64,000 nucleotides of DNA from Eukaryota sp. TZLM1-RC (Eukaryota > Protista > Metamonada: BaSk clade). Every line of letters begins with the position of its first letter. Positions within the stretch are counted from its first letter, which is position 1. This document shows, one piece after another, positions 11,001 to 22,800 of this stretch. The notes beneath the pieces are model-generated. The model did not search any database and was not told the DNA's origin. It saw only the letters and a program-made list of their open reading frames with translations. Where the stretch lies: the NCBI GenBank assembly GCA_040285825.1, contig JAUPSS010000004.1:4617784-4681783 (forward strand), written 5' to 3'. A program made the position numbers and the translations under genes.

Positions 11001-12659
11001 AGGTAACAATGAAGGAGCGCTACTGAAGGAATGTGAATACGTGGAAATAATTTACTTTGCATTTTTTTAACCAAACTACTGAATAGAACCCAGTGTTACG
11101 GTAGCCGCTCTCTACTCATTAGTTTACTGAATGTACCACGTTATGCAACCCAAAAATCATAAATTATTGTTGGAATGCACCACATAATATGTGCTTTTCA
11201 ACGTAAAATGGCGTATTGTGACTTGAGAGATGAATAGAAGTAGTAAAAATAAACTTAATCAATGTACATCATTTGATAATTGATAATCAGTACAATGGGA
11301 AGAAATTCAAACAAACAAGATTTCCTCTACCGAATCCTGATTTGCCTGAGGTCGAAGAAATGAAAAATTCCTATTGACGAAGAGTGAGGGCACCGACACT
11401 GCTCTGTACCTTTTTCAAAATCAATCAGCATATATAACTACTAAACCAAACTATCACTAAGCTAATCTGAATTATATAATGAATGTTTTTTGTTTTGGAA
11501 TTAGCTCTACCTTGTTTTCTTATTTCGAATACTTTTCTCAAAACCGGATCAAAAGAATAACGCAGAAATGTTGAATATCTGAACTTGACATTCGTTGTAA
11601 AATACAAACAGATAGATATAACCAAGACCATCCTTACATTGGGCAAATACGAGTAATCCACACTAGTAGTTTTCAGTGACACCTAGCCATGATTTCAATA
11701 TTCTACTCAATAAAATCGTAGTTTGAATAAATGTGGTTTGTAATTCATGTACTGCAATTACCAACGTAAAAATTGTACAAAACAAAAATAAATTGTTTGA
11801 TTTTCATGGTGAATAATGATGCTTGATTCTGGAGATGTTTTATTATATTTTCAATTTTTTGACAAAATATAATTGGGAATACTAAGGCCATAACAAGCAC
11901 CTTTGCGAATCTCATCAGCAAATGTAAAACTTGTGTTCCTTAAACCCGAAGCGAGTTTAAATCCGTGTTTGGTGTAAACTTTCGAATCATTAGAAGGGGT
12001 AAATGGGATATAAATAACGATAAGAAATACAATAGGAGACAACAGGTTCTCTTGCAAATCACATCATGATTGATCAATAAAAATCTCTTCATTGTTTAAC
12101 TCTAAACGAAACAAAAATTTGAATACACTGAAATGATTAATTCAACGAAATTGGTTGGAATTTTATAAATACTGAGAAAAAATTGATCAAACAGTGTTCC
12201 ACTAATTCAAATGTATTAGCTACATCTGTCATAGTCAAGGGTGTATTTTGATCTAGGATTATTCTTGACAGCTTCAATTGCGCTATCAAAAACGAATCGG
12301 ATTAGTCAAAAGACACGGTGTAAGAGAAATAGATCTAGATTTATTGACTACATTTGGATCACTTTTTTATACATTGGCTCAAGATCAGCTGTCTGTCAAC
12401 CTGATGGTTGTTGTCGAGCTTCGATTATTAACATTTATATTGATTTCATAATTAGTAAGTGGTAACAAAGATGAAAACTATATAAATAAATAATGAAAGA
12501 TATATAAGACAATCGATTACTGTTTTGTTGAACAAATTAAGGAGGCGCCAGGTGTACAAAGTCATCAACGTTATGCTCATGAGCTTTTTTAACAAACAGC
12601 AATGAGATTAGAAATGATATAAATTCAGAAGAAAGTGGAATGTTGAAATAAATTTCTAA

Positions 12660-12860
12660 TTCATTCACTTTTGGAAAATTTTCTGATTCTTTATTTAATA
12701 ATTATTTCGATGGAGAGGAGGTATATATTGAGGATGTGGAGCTTTGGTTGTGTAGTTGATGATTATTTATTTCTTACTCGATAAATTAAAAAGTATTTAA
12801 AACAGTTAGAAATAGTCAACTTGTTTTTATTGCTTTCCCATTTTCTATAAACGGTCCATA
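12660..12860 (+). mobile_element. Two short retrotransposon 3' relics (B-like, then C-like)
   Basis: Reads FGKFSDSL...EDVEL (compare family B end) and QLVFIAFPFSING (compare family C RLE). Confidence 0.65.
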
Positions 12861-12963
12861 AATGATTGCATAAAAATCAAACAACCTATATTGACTTTGT
12901 TGTATGATCATTTATGATCACAAAAACATAAGTGCATATCTCCACATATGTGCATAACCAAAA

Positions 12964-13037
12964 TGTTTCCGCCGAGACTCGAACTCGGGACCATCTGTGT
13001 GTTAGACAGATATCCTAACCAACTAGACCACAGAAAC
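12964..13037 (-). tRNA. tRNA-Val(AAC)
   Basis: Cloverleaf: acceptor GTTTCTG/CGGAAAC, anticodon arm TCTGT-CTAACAC-ACAGA, T arm CCGAG-TTCGAGT-CTCGG, followed by a T4 terminator. Confidence 0.95.
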
Positions 13038-13109
13038 AACTGATCAGCTACACTTTGACAAATACAAATACAAGTTCACCGTTATAATTTTTTTACCTTT
13101 TTCTTCGCC

Positions 13110-13213
13110 TTTATAATGCACCTTTATGTAGAGCTGAAGAAGCGAAATTTATCAAGTACACTGAAAAAATCAATAATCTGAATTCCAACTCACACACTCA
13201 ATACCTCCTTTGT
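13110..13213 (+). mobile_element. RLE fragment related to the relic inside the 43-53 kb array
   Basis: Translates YNAPLCRAEEAKFIKYTEKINNLNSNSHTQYLLC. Its reverse complement shares GGTATTGAGTGTGTGAGTTG with every array unit. Confidence 0.75.
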
Positions 13214-13768
13214 CTGAGTGAAGATCTTGATTTAAAACAGCCGAGTTGCATATATTATTATAAAGATCATTTTCATGCATTCCAGTCAATCGTTTCTGTA
13301 ATGTTCGATGAGTGTACTTCAAATTTAAAAGATTCTTTTCTGGAATATTGCCATTGAATGATTGGGGAAACCATCGACTCCATTTTTCTGCATCAATTTT
13401 TGAAATTTCTTCATTAAATGCAAAAACAGTGGAACTTTGCGTTGTCATCAATAAATCTTCACAATCTGCAAATCATTCAGAAAACTGAAAGATTGCATTT
13501 CTGCATCCACCAACAAAAGCACACGAGGTGAGAGTAGAAGCCTTCGTCCAACTTAAACCGCCATAATGTGGACTAAGATAAGCATGGTCTGGAATTTAAA
13601 ACATTGTACATCCCAGTAATTGTGACAGAACTTTTACACTTAACTCATTAAACTTCTGAGCCAAAGGTCTAGTGACGAGAGGATTTGTAGATCGAAATAT
13701 ATGATTAAAATTGGAACTAAAACGCAGTCTTATAATGGTAAATTTGATGTGCTTTTGTATATCTAAAA
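13214..13768 (-). mobile_element. Internal fragment of family C retrotransposon
   Basis: Near-identical to 38090-38640 (KHIKFTIIRL..., FPQSFNGNIPEK). Confidence 0.9.
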
Positions 13769-13819
13769 ATACGGATATAAATGTATTTGTTTTGATCAAT
13801 TAATAAATGTATTTTTAAC

Positions 13820-16150
13820 TTTTTTTTTCAAATTATTATTTATTTTTATTCAACAACAAATATGAAATACACAATTAAAACTCCACATCCTCAAAACCTG
13901 CCTCCCCTACATCAAAACAATTAATCGCCAAAGATTCAGAAAATTTCCCAAAAGAAGATAGTGAATCAGAAATTAGTGTTACCATTCCCTTAAAAATAGA
14001 AAATACAATCCTGTTTTGCCAGTAAACACGATTGAAAATTCTTCCAGTTCTTTCCTTTACAACTACAACAACATCCTCAAGGAAAGCCATAGCAGCCTTA
14101 CCTAGAGATCCAAGCAAAGAAAAAACAAATGGACATAAATTATATTGGGCATGAGAATTTTCATTAACCGAGGAAATGGGTTTCGCATATTTAGCAATTT
14201 TATATTTTTCGCCTGCAAGAAGAGGATTATTTACATCCGAGTTAATGAAATGTTCGTTAGAGGAATTACAAGGGTCAATAGACATGGCGTCCAAAATAGT
14301 AAAACTACCATTTAAACCAGGAACAACTAGATCACCTCTAGTCAGACCCATAGAAGCTCTGTTGTAACGCGTACTATCAATATTGGGATCATCAAGAATT
14401 AATTTTGATAACAGCGGTTCTAAAAAGGAATCTACACGATATGATTTGCACATTACATAAATTTGGTCCCTGACGTTATTATGCACTTTGCTTCTAAACG
14501 TAATGAAATGTTTACAGTTCAAAAGATGAGTAAACAAAAGAGGTTTACCACATTTACAAGTTAAATGATTGGGCAAATTGTTTGGCCACAGAAAACAACG
14601 AAAACGCATGTTTAGAAGCCATTCATTGTCTTTTAACAAAAGTCCATAAACAGAGGGAACTTGAGTTACTAAAGCAGCAGCTGAACTATCACGAATATCC
14701 TTTAAAAAATTACCGAAAGCGGGATTTTAGTTTTGGCCAAGCCAAGTCTTACTTCATAATCCAAGCCTTCATATAATTTATCCAGATGGTGCTGAAGCTT
14801 TTTCAAGCAAAAACGTAATTTTGGAAGTGATCGAGTGGGAATTTCTTGAACATTTTGAGGAAAACACTGAATCCAGATATCACTAGGCAAATTTTCTAAT
14901 TCAAATTGCAGTTGATTCAAGTAAAAATTTGATTCACCATTGATCAGATGAACATCAAAAGGGAACCTTTGGAAAAATTCAAAAACAAAATTTTTACCAC
15001 CTCCCAAAAATGCTGCTTTACACAGAATCGAAGATTTGGTGAATCCAATTCCACCCAAATCTGCTGAACAAAATACATGACTTCGAATTAAAGATTCATT
15101 TACTTCTAATAAAGAAGAAAAAAATTTGACTCGAAGTTTGTTAAAAGATCTGCAAAAATTGAGAGATACCGAAGGGGAGTTGACCTTAAAATATGAGTGA
15201 ATTTTCCAGAATAACAAATTTTTAAAATAAAAATTTGATGTGTTTCTCAATGTCACATTCAGCAATAAAACTAAGATCCTTGTCAAACTTCTCCAATAAA
15301 TTGTTTAACTGGGAATAAATTTCATCCAAATTGCCAAGCCAACATCCAAGAAACTTAATAGCTTGTTGGTCATAATTGATAAAAGGAATCTGAGCTCCAC
15401 CAATCATCAAATATTGTTTTTCTCTACCAATCAAGAGACATTTAGATGGGTTCAAAGCTAAACCAATTTCTTTGTATTTCGCCGCAATGTTTTCAGAAAC
15501 CCTAGAAATGCTTTCAAAAGAACCAATAATAGAAATGTCATCCATATAGGCAACAATACGCAAATCAGGGAAATCTTGTTGTGTCATTTTAATGATATTA
15601 TGAATAGCCAAACAAAACAGCAAAGGGCCAAGAGGATCACCTTGTTTCACACCAGAAGAAGATTCAAGGGTAAAGGAGTCAAAAATTAAGTCTGATTTTT
15701 TTCCATAAAATAAATAAAAATATGCAGAAAGTTCAGAAAAATCATGAAGAAGCACATCAAAAATACAATTACGTTTCACAGAATTGAAAGCATTTTTGAA
15801 ATCCAAATTGAAAATATATTGATGTTGTTGACTATTAAAAAAAACATCTGAAGTCATTGAAGCAACAGAAGCACCTTCAACAGTTTTTATACCAAATTGG
15901 AAAGGCTTCAAATAGTCCCTTGCTTTAGTAGAAATTCTGTTAAAAATAAGCGAAGAAAGCAATCTGGTTAATGACTCTCCAATGGCAATTGGTCTAACTC
16001 CATCAGGTTTGTCACCTTTACCAGGTTTAACTAAAGCAACTAAACGGGCAGCAGTCAATTCAGGCGGAGGAACATAATTTAAACACATTAAATTTTGAAA
16101 ATAAGAAGCAAGATCCTCAACAATTTCAGGAGCATTTTTACAGGCAGTTG
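13820..16150 (-). mobile_element. 5'-truncated family B RLE retrotransposon (RT through RLE, poly(A) tail)
   Basis: ORFs 15222-16088 (RT, YMDD), 14702-15286 and 13875-14639 (CKC..HLLNC, VHN, RGD). T-run at about 13820. Confidence 0.9.
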
Positions 16151-16391
16151 TTTTAACACAAACAAAAAGAAAAAAATTTACACAACGAAAACCCCATCAG
16201 TCGTGGGGACAAGGTGACAAGATATAAGAACACTGGTTTACAATGAGTGACTCAAGTTGCCTTTTTGACTTAAAACTTCAATTGTAAAAAAGAAATCTGT
16301 AAAATATTTCCTACTTCAATACATTACAGAGGGGTGTCATTTAAGCCATAAAATACACACTGTCGAAATCACTTTACTACAATAACAAAAC

Positions 16392-18876
16392 TTAGACCCA
16401 ATATACATCCAAATCATCCACCACGGACACTTCTTTCAAAGAAATATCAATGTGCAAAACTCCATCATCAAGGCTCCAAAGATCCCACCTGAAACCATTG
16501 ACAACAACCAAAGAAACAGTATCTACGCTGCTGACTCTGATGATGTTAACAGAATATTGTCTAGATAATGGATGGCCACGTTGTGATCTGAGTTTGAGAG
16601 AAGAAGAAGTAACTGAGGATGAAACAACAGTGGGTCTCGACTGGAGGGATTCTTCATGATCAATCAAAAACCTACCAACAGCTTCACCTTTTTCATTCAA
16701 GGCAACATAAATGTCAACTTTGCCTCTATTCAAGGTTGAGTCAAGGTTTTCTCCTAAAAGAGGGTTCAATGCAAAAAGAATCGAACCTCCCCTTTGGAAA
16801 ATGAATAATGCATCCCAAGGAGCATCTAGAGCAACGACTCCATTATCATGAGACAAGCCCGAAAAGTAATCGTACCACAGTGATACAGAGGGGAGGTAGA
16901 GGTTGTGCTTGGAAATTCCTTGCTTGAGAACTGGTGAACAAAGAATAGAATCCCCAATCATGTAGGTTTTTTCGTGTTCAAAGGCTAATGGATCATCACC
17001 AAATTCAAAAAACAAAGGTCTCACCACCGTGCCTCCTGATTGAGATGCTTCGATAAATAAGCTGTTGAAATAAAGAACAAGTCTATATCTGGCTTGGATA
17101 AACTTGCTCATGTGTTTTCTAGTAAAAACAAACATGGAGGGACTGAGGTAAGAAAATGGGTTTCACAAACTGTTGATCGGGGAAACCTTCTGCGTTGTGA
17201 TTCCTAGCAAAAGGATAACCAACACTGGCAGCAGACCACCTCGCCATAAGCTCCTCAGTAGGAGAATCGAGGAAGCCACCTACATCAGGACCCACCATTG
17301 GCATTCCAAACATGTTATAATTGAGAACTCCAGGAATAGAATAAAAAAGATCATCAAATATTGCTGCATTGTCTCCTAGCCAAGTGGAGGTGAAACGGCC
17401 GCTGCCGGCAAAGGAACTTCTAGTAACTAGCAGACTCTTCTTGTTGAGAATTTGATTTAGAGAATTTCTAGTGATGATTGCTTCGTAAAAAGAGTAAAGC
17501 TGATGTGTATTATAGAATCTCCCAATGTAACTATTACATCCAGTATTTAAAGTCTTCCAATTGAGGGGCATATTGGCAGAAAAATCAGGCTTCCATGGAG
17601 GGTTATTCCAATCAAAATCCTTGACTGGATGCTCTTGGGTGATGAAACTAGCTGGCTCATTCATGTCAATCCAAAGCCCGTCAAAAGGAAGTTGTTCAAA
17701 CAAGATACTCAACATTTTCGTCCAATAAGATTGAATACCAGGGTGCGCAAAGTCGGGAAAAATAGTGATTCCAGGCCATACTTCTCCTTCTTGAGGCTTT
17801 AGTGAGGTTTCTTGTGTGAGGAATGCCGTCGACTCTAATAATTCCGTATAGCCAAAAAAGCTTTGATCAACGGGGATACCAGGGTCAACAATTGGGATAA
17901 TTTTGATTCCTCTTTTTCTTAATTGTTTTACTAGGGGTTTTAACTTTGATTGGGGGTAATTGTCCTTGCTGACGGTGAAATCGTACTTTTTATCCATGTA
18001 ATCAATATCAAAAAACAAAACATCCAGTGGGATTTGATCATAATCATAATCATCAATCACTTTGATTACATCATCGACAGTGTTCCAACCCCAACGAGCC
18101 TGCATCCACCCTAAAGCATAGAGAGGAAGACTTACAGGGAACCCCACCACTGAGTGATGTTGCTGAATGACTTTGTTCGAAGAGGGACCAGAATAAAGGA
18201 AAAGATCCACAATTCCACCACTAGATCGGAAAATAAAAGAATTTCTTGTCAATTCAACCTCCATCGCATTGGAGTTTAAGAAGAAGATTCCTCTTGAACT
18301 TCGTTCTGGTCCTGCTGCCAACAACAAGGGGTGAGTGGAATAAGCAGGTCTTTCTGATGGCAATCCAGGCTCATCTCTGTTCCAAAAGCCATATTTCTGG
18401 TCTCTGGCAAGCGAAAGGTTGTTGCGTCTGTATCCAAGACCAGATATTGTGAGAGATTCGTCCAGATCACCAGATAGTTCGAGATAGTGCTCAGTCATAA
18501 TCAGAGTGGAGTTAAAATGAAACAAAACTTCACCATGGTGAAGGACAGAAAAGGAAAAGGGCTGTCCAACTTTGGGATTCACAATTGTAAGATTGGTGGA
18601 TTGAGAGGCGGAATAGGGCACTACTACATCAGGTACAGTCCAACGAGTAGAATTGAGACTATTAATTATGAAGCGAAGAGTATCGTCCGATTTACATGTT
18701 ACAGTGGCCTTAAGGCGACGTTCGAGTGGCTCGCCATGAATCGAACTAGGAGTATGTAGATTAAGAACTGAAGAAAAACCACATGTTCCAGGTTCAATCG
18801 TCTCAACCAGATAAATAGGTCGAGATTGAACCAAAGAGAAAAAACAACACACTAGCAGCAGAACTAACAATCGCAT
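16392..18876 (-). CDS. Secreted or lysosomal GH31 alpha-glucosidase (818 aa, 2 exons)
   Basis: Signal peptide; WIDMNE nucleophile; WLGDN acid/base; GPDVGGF. The two track ORFs are joined by a 28-nt intron. Confidence 0.92.
17143..17170 (-). other. 28-nt spliceosomal intron
   Basis: GTTTGT...CTTACCTCAG. Removal gives in-frame PDQHPSMF...ARYRL. Confidence 0.85.
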
Positions 18877-19866
18877 GATTGATCTGATTGGAAGTAAAAG
18901 ATTTTCTGGAATACACTTTTTAAAACTCTATAATGAAATTTCAAATGGAGATAATATAACGATGAAGAGCCTTCACTAGAATAAATACGATTCTATTGTT
19001 TCAAAACAAAAAATCAGTATTATGGCCACCTTCTTTGAGAAGTTTTTCTGATTTGAATGTTTTTGTATCATCTCATTACCATTTACAAGCACTAAATTCC
19101 GATTGATAGCCAGGACTTGCTATGGTGAGGTTCCAGGATGGGGTTTGCCAATAGCTGATGTGCTTAAAATATGCATATGCTGATAAAAGTTAGAGTTACC
19201 ACTGGTGTTTACTATCCGCATACATCAATTATACTTATATAAGAAGCTTTTCAAATAGAAATACAAACAAATACTACTAAACTAAAACGGTATATACTAC
19301 TAAAAAATAAGCATTTACTGACTTCTCAACTTCAAAGTCGACAAAATAATAATAATACCATGGTAAAAATTATGTCAAATCATCAACAACAATTAAAACA
19401 ATTCGTCAGGTCTTTAACACTCTTTTAACTAATTTTGCTCTCCGATACAGAATCCATGATGCCTTTAGAGATCAACTCTGGTGTATGTCAAAGTCACACA
19501 AAATTATTTCCTATTTAGAACCTTTACTCCTTCGTTTGCTTGAAATAGAATTACTAAAATAAAATACAATTGGTTTGTAATCTTTTGGTCGTAATAGATG
19601 TTACCGAAAACACTGAAATTGAAAAACTGGACCACTTGTTTGTCCTTTCTGGTATGATTTTGTGGTGTTGTCCCCTTATAATTTTCTGCTTTATTGTTTG
19701 TTGGTTGTTTTTATGAAGGAAAAACATAAAACTTACAGTCAATTTGTATTGGCAGATTTGCGAAATGAAGATTTAGAATTTTAAGTTTGTTTAATCTCTA
19801 CTTGGAATAAATTAGGGGTGATTAAAGAAATTGAACCCAAAACAGAAATTTATAAACGAAAAACAT

Positions 19867-22800
19867 CTACACATTTGCTGGTACTACAGCCTTAGCCTTC
19901 AATTCCATGGGTTTGACCTTTGAATCATTGCTCTTCCTCCTGAAAAGCTTGAAACCAACAATAGGAGCGACAATGAAGCCAACAACCAACAACCAAATCA
20001 ACCATTGCATGGAGGTACTATCAGTGATGGGAGCAATCATTGCAGCAAAACTGGTCAGATGAGCGGTCTTGCAAACAACAACATCATCTTCTACAACTGT
20101 AGAAACACCTTCTGTGGACCATTTGCTTGCAGAATCATCCCAGAAAGAACAGGCAAATTCCTCCTTATCTCTATCTGGGGAATTTGTTAATAAAAGTGTA
20201 ATCTCAATGGGATCTGCAAGGTCTTTGACAGCCTTGATTTCGTTATCTTCATGAGAAAGTACCATTGTAAATACATTTGAACCAGAATTACCTTGTGTTC
20301 GGGAATCTTTTGTCATTGAGACAGTTCGCATACCAAGACATTCTTCACTTCGAACATCAAGAGGGAACAACAATGGATTCCTGCATAGATCCTTCCAATG
20401 AACCAGCCATTTCATCAGTATACATTTTGGAAGCACGAACACCAACTCGTTCACCATCAGCAGCAAATGGGTGTTCACCACAGAACAATCTATCTGTGGC
20501 TCTTCTTGATATTCTTGATACAGAAGTTCTTAATTGTTCAGCTTCAGATGAGGAAAATAGTGCATCAACAGTGCTTACCAATTCGCGATCAACTGTGTCA
20601 TCAACTTCATCAGTAAATTCAGTAAGGTCCGAAACCAATTGAGCAGTCTTCTTTGCTGAACTTTCATCTAGTTCATCACCAATCCCTACAACAGAGCGTA
20701 GAGCTGAAGAAATGACTGCTACAGATTCGGCATCCTCAATGGGACATGATTCAAGTGAAGCTACAAGTCGTCTGCGAGCATCAGTTCTGTCAGCGGAGTG
20801 ATGAGCAGAAGACTGGGTATTCAAAACTTCAGAGACTGCAATAACTGAGGCTTCAACATTTTCTGATTCATCTAACAATGCATTCAAGGCGACATCAATA
20901 GCCGTAAAATCGTCATCATTGCTTTCAACGCCAGCATATACCGGAACAGTTGCTTCAACAGCAGAAGATTGGTCACCAATGGAATTCTCGACTTGTCCAA
21001 TTAGTCTAACTTGATAGTTGTCTTGAGGTAATCCAGGAGGTAATCTTGTCGTAATTAGATTCCTTGTGGTACTTCTCCAAAGTGGCAGAAGAGTATCATT
21101 ACGACGTATAAACCAATGGTAAACAACTCCTTCATCAGCTCCAAGGTGTTCAACTTCGAATCTGTGGGACAGCGAATATCCAGAAGTGGGAGAAACTTGT
21201 AGAGATCCCGCCTTGGGGAGTGGACTTGATGTGAGAGTAATTGAGCTGGAAATGTATTCACCAAAAGCAGTTTCTGCTGTGAGAGTAAAAACCACCGAAA
21301 CTTCTGGTTGCAAGACATTGGGTCTCAATACCAGAGTCCTTCTGTTCGTTGGTGTAAGGAGGTTCTCTTCAATCAAAACATCAGGATTCGCAGTCCAAGC
21401 AAGTGACTCAATATTACCAGTTACTCGGCCAGACAGGTTGATTCTGTTAGATCGAATAATGGGGAGGACAATTGGGTCAATAGAAACAGAAACAGATTCC
21501 TCAGTTGCAAGAGCCTTGATTAAAAATTCCGCATATGCCGTTTGATCAGATTCAGAATGTGTAACAAATACAGTGACGATGGATTCACCTGCTTCAAAGG
21601 TACCATTAGGAACTTCTACTTGGGCTTCGGTTTGTGCATCAAAGAAGGATGAGCAGGCAGTTCTATTACAAGACCAAGAATAGTCAACATTGGGGAGATT
21701 AGAAGCAATCTGGAGCTTGATAGTGCTTTGGGTTGAGATTACGGCAGAGTTTCCATAAGGAAACGACAGTAAAAGAGGTGGAGACTCAATTTCGATTGAT
21801 TTAGAAATGGTTTTTCAAGACTTTGCTCTACACCATTAACAATAACAATGACTTCCACGTCCAACTCAAACACATGAGTACCAGGAGTGACAAGATCAGC
21901 AGGAACAACTACCCTAGACCGATTTGAAGAGGGTAGAGGGGTCAGAGAAGACCATTTGAAGGTTCTTGTCACGATGCTAAAAGTGTCACAAGTGATGATT
22001 CTTGAATCTCCGATCAAAGTAATAGGAGAATAGGCCTGTTCTGAGCTCAAAATCTTAATATCGATCATCAATTCCAGGGGAGAAGACTTGACCCGCACAG
22101 TCATGACTTCTGAAGACTTCCAGTTCATAAAGGTTCGATGCGTGAACCATAAGTCAAACTTTGATAGTGAGGGATCAAGAGATAATATTTCTGTAGGGAT
22201 GAGGATTGATTTGTCAGAAATTGAAGAAGGCAACTGGTCAATAAGCTGTTTGGAAAACATTGACTTGACAACGGCAAATGCTCCAGATGTCAGTAACCGA
22301 GCATTGGCAGATACAACAAACCTTTCCAATTTCTCATCAATAGATAGTTGTGAATCTTGAGTGAAGAGGTCAAAATTTGATTGGCCAAAGACTGAGATGA
22401 ATTCACAAGACAATTGTTGGAGAAGATGCTTAAACTCAAATTCATTTGTAACAATCTCTCCATGTCTGTTGAGTGACCAAAGTAAACCATTTGAAAGTCT
22501 TGTTAGGAACGAAACGCCATTACAAGGATTGGTGATGAAGCTGAACACGTGCATTGACACTCCACGATGTTGGAAATGATCCACGTACTGCTCCACCAAG
22601 TGTGAGTTTGCAGACAGGGATAGAGAAATAAGAGAAAAAGTACACAACCCATGCTGAGATTGGCAACTAGGCTCATGAAGGAGATATTCATGATCTTCAA
22701 TAAACGAGAAGAACTGAAGATGCGAATACAAAGGATGGAAATCTTCATTTAAACAATCATAAGCGACCTTGTGATGTGCTAAAAAAAGGAGAAATGGAGA

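Noticed and set aside
11425-12465. Short ORFs of 68-85 aa
   Set aside because: Non-ATG starts and no recognisable motif. They may be a decayed gene, but this is unsupported.
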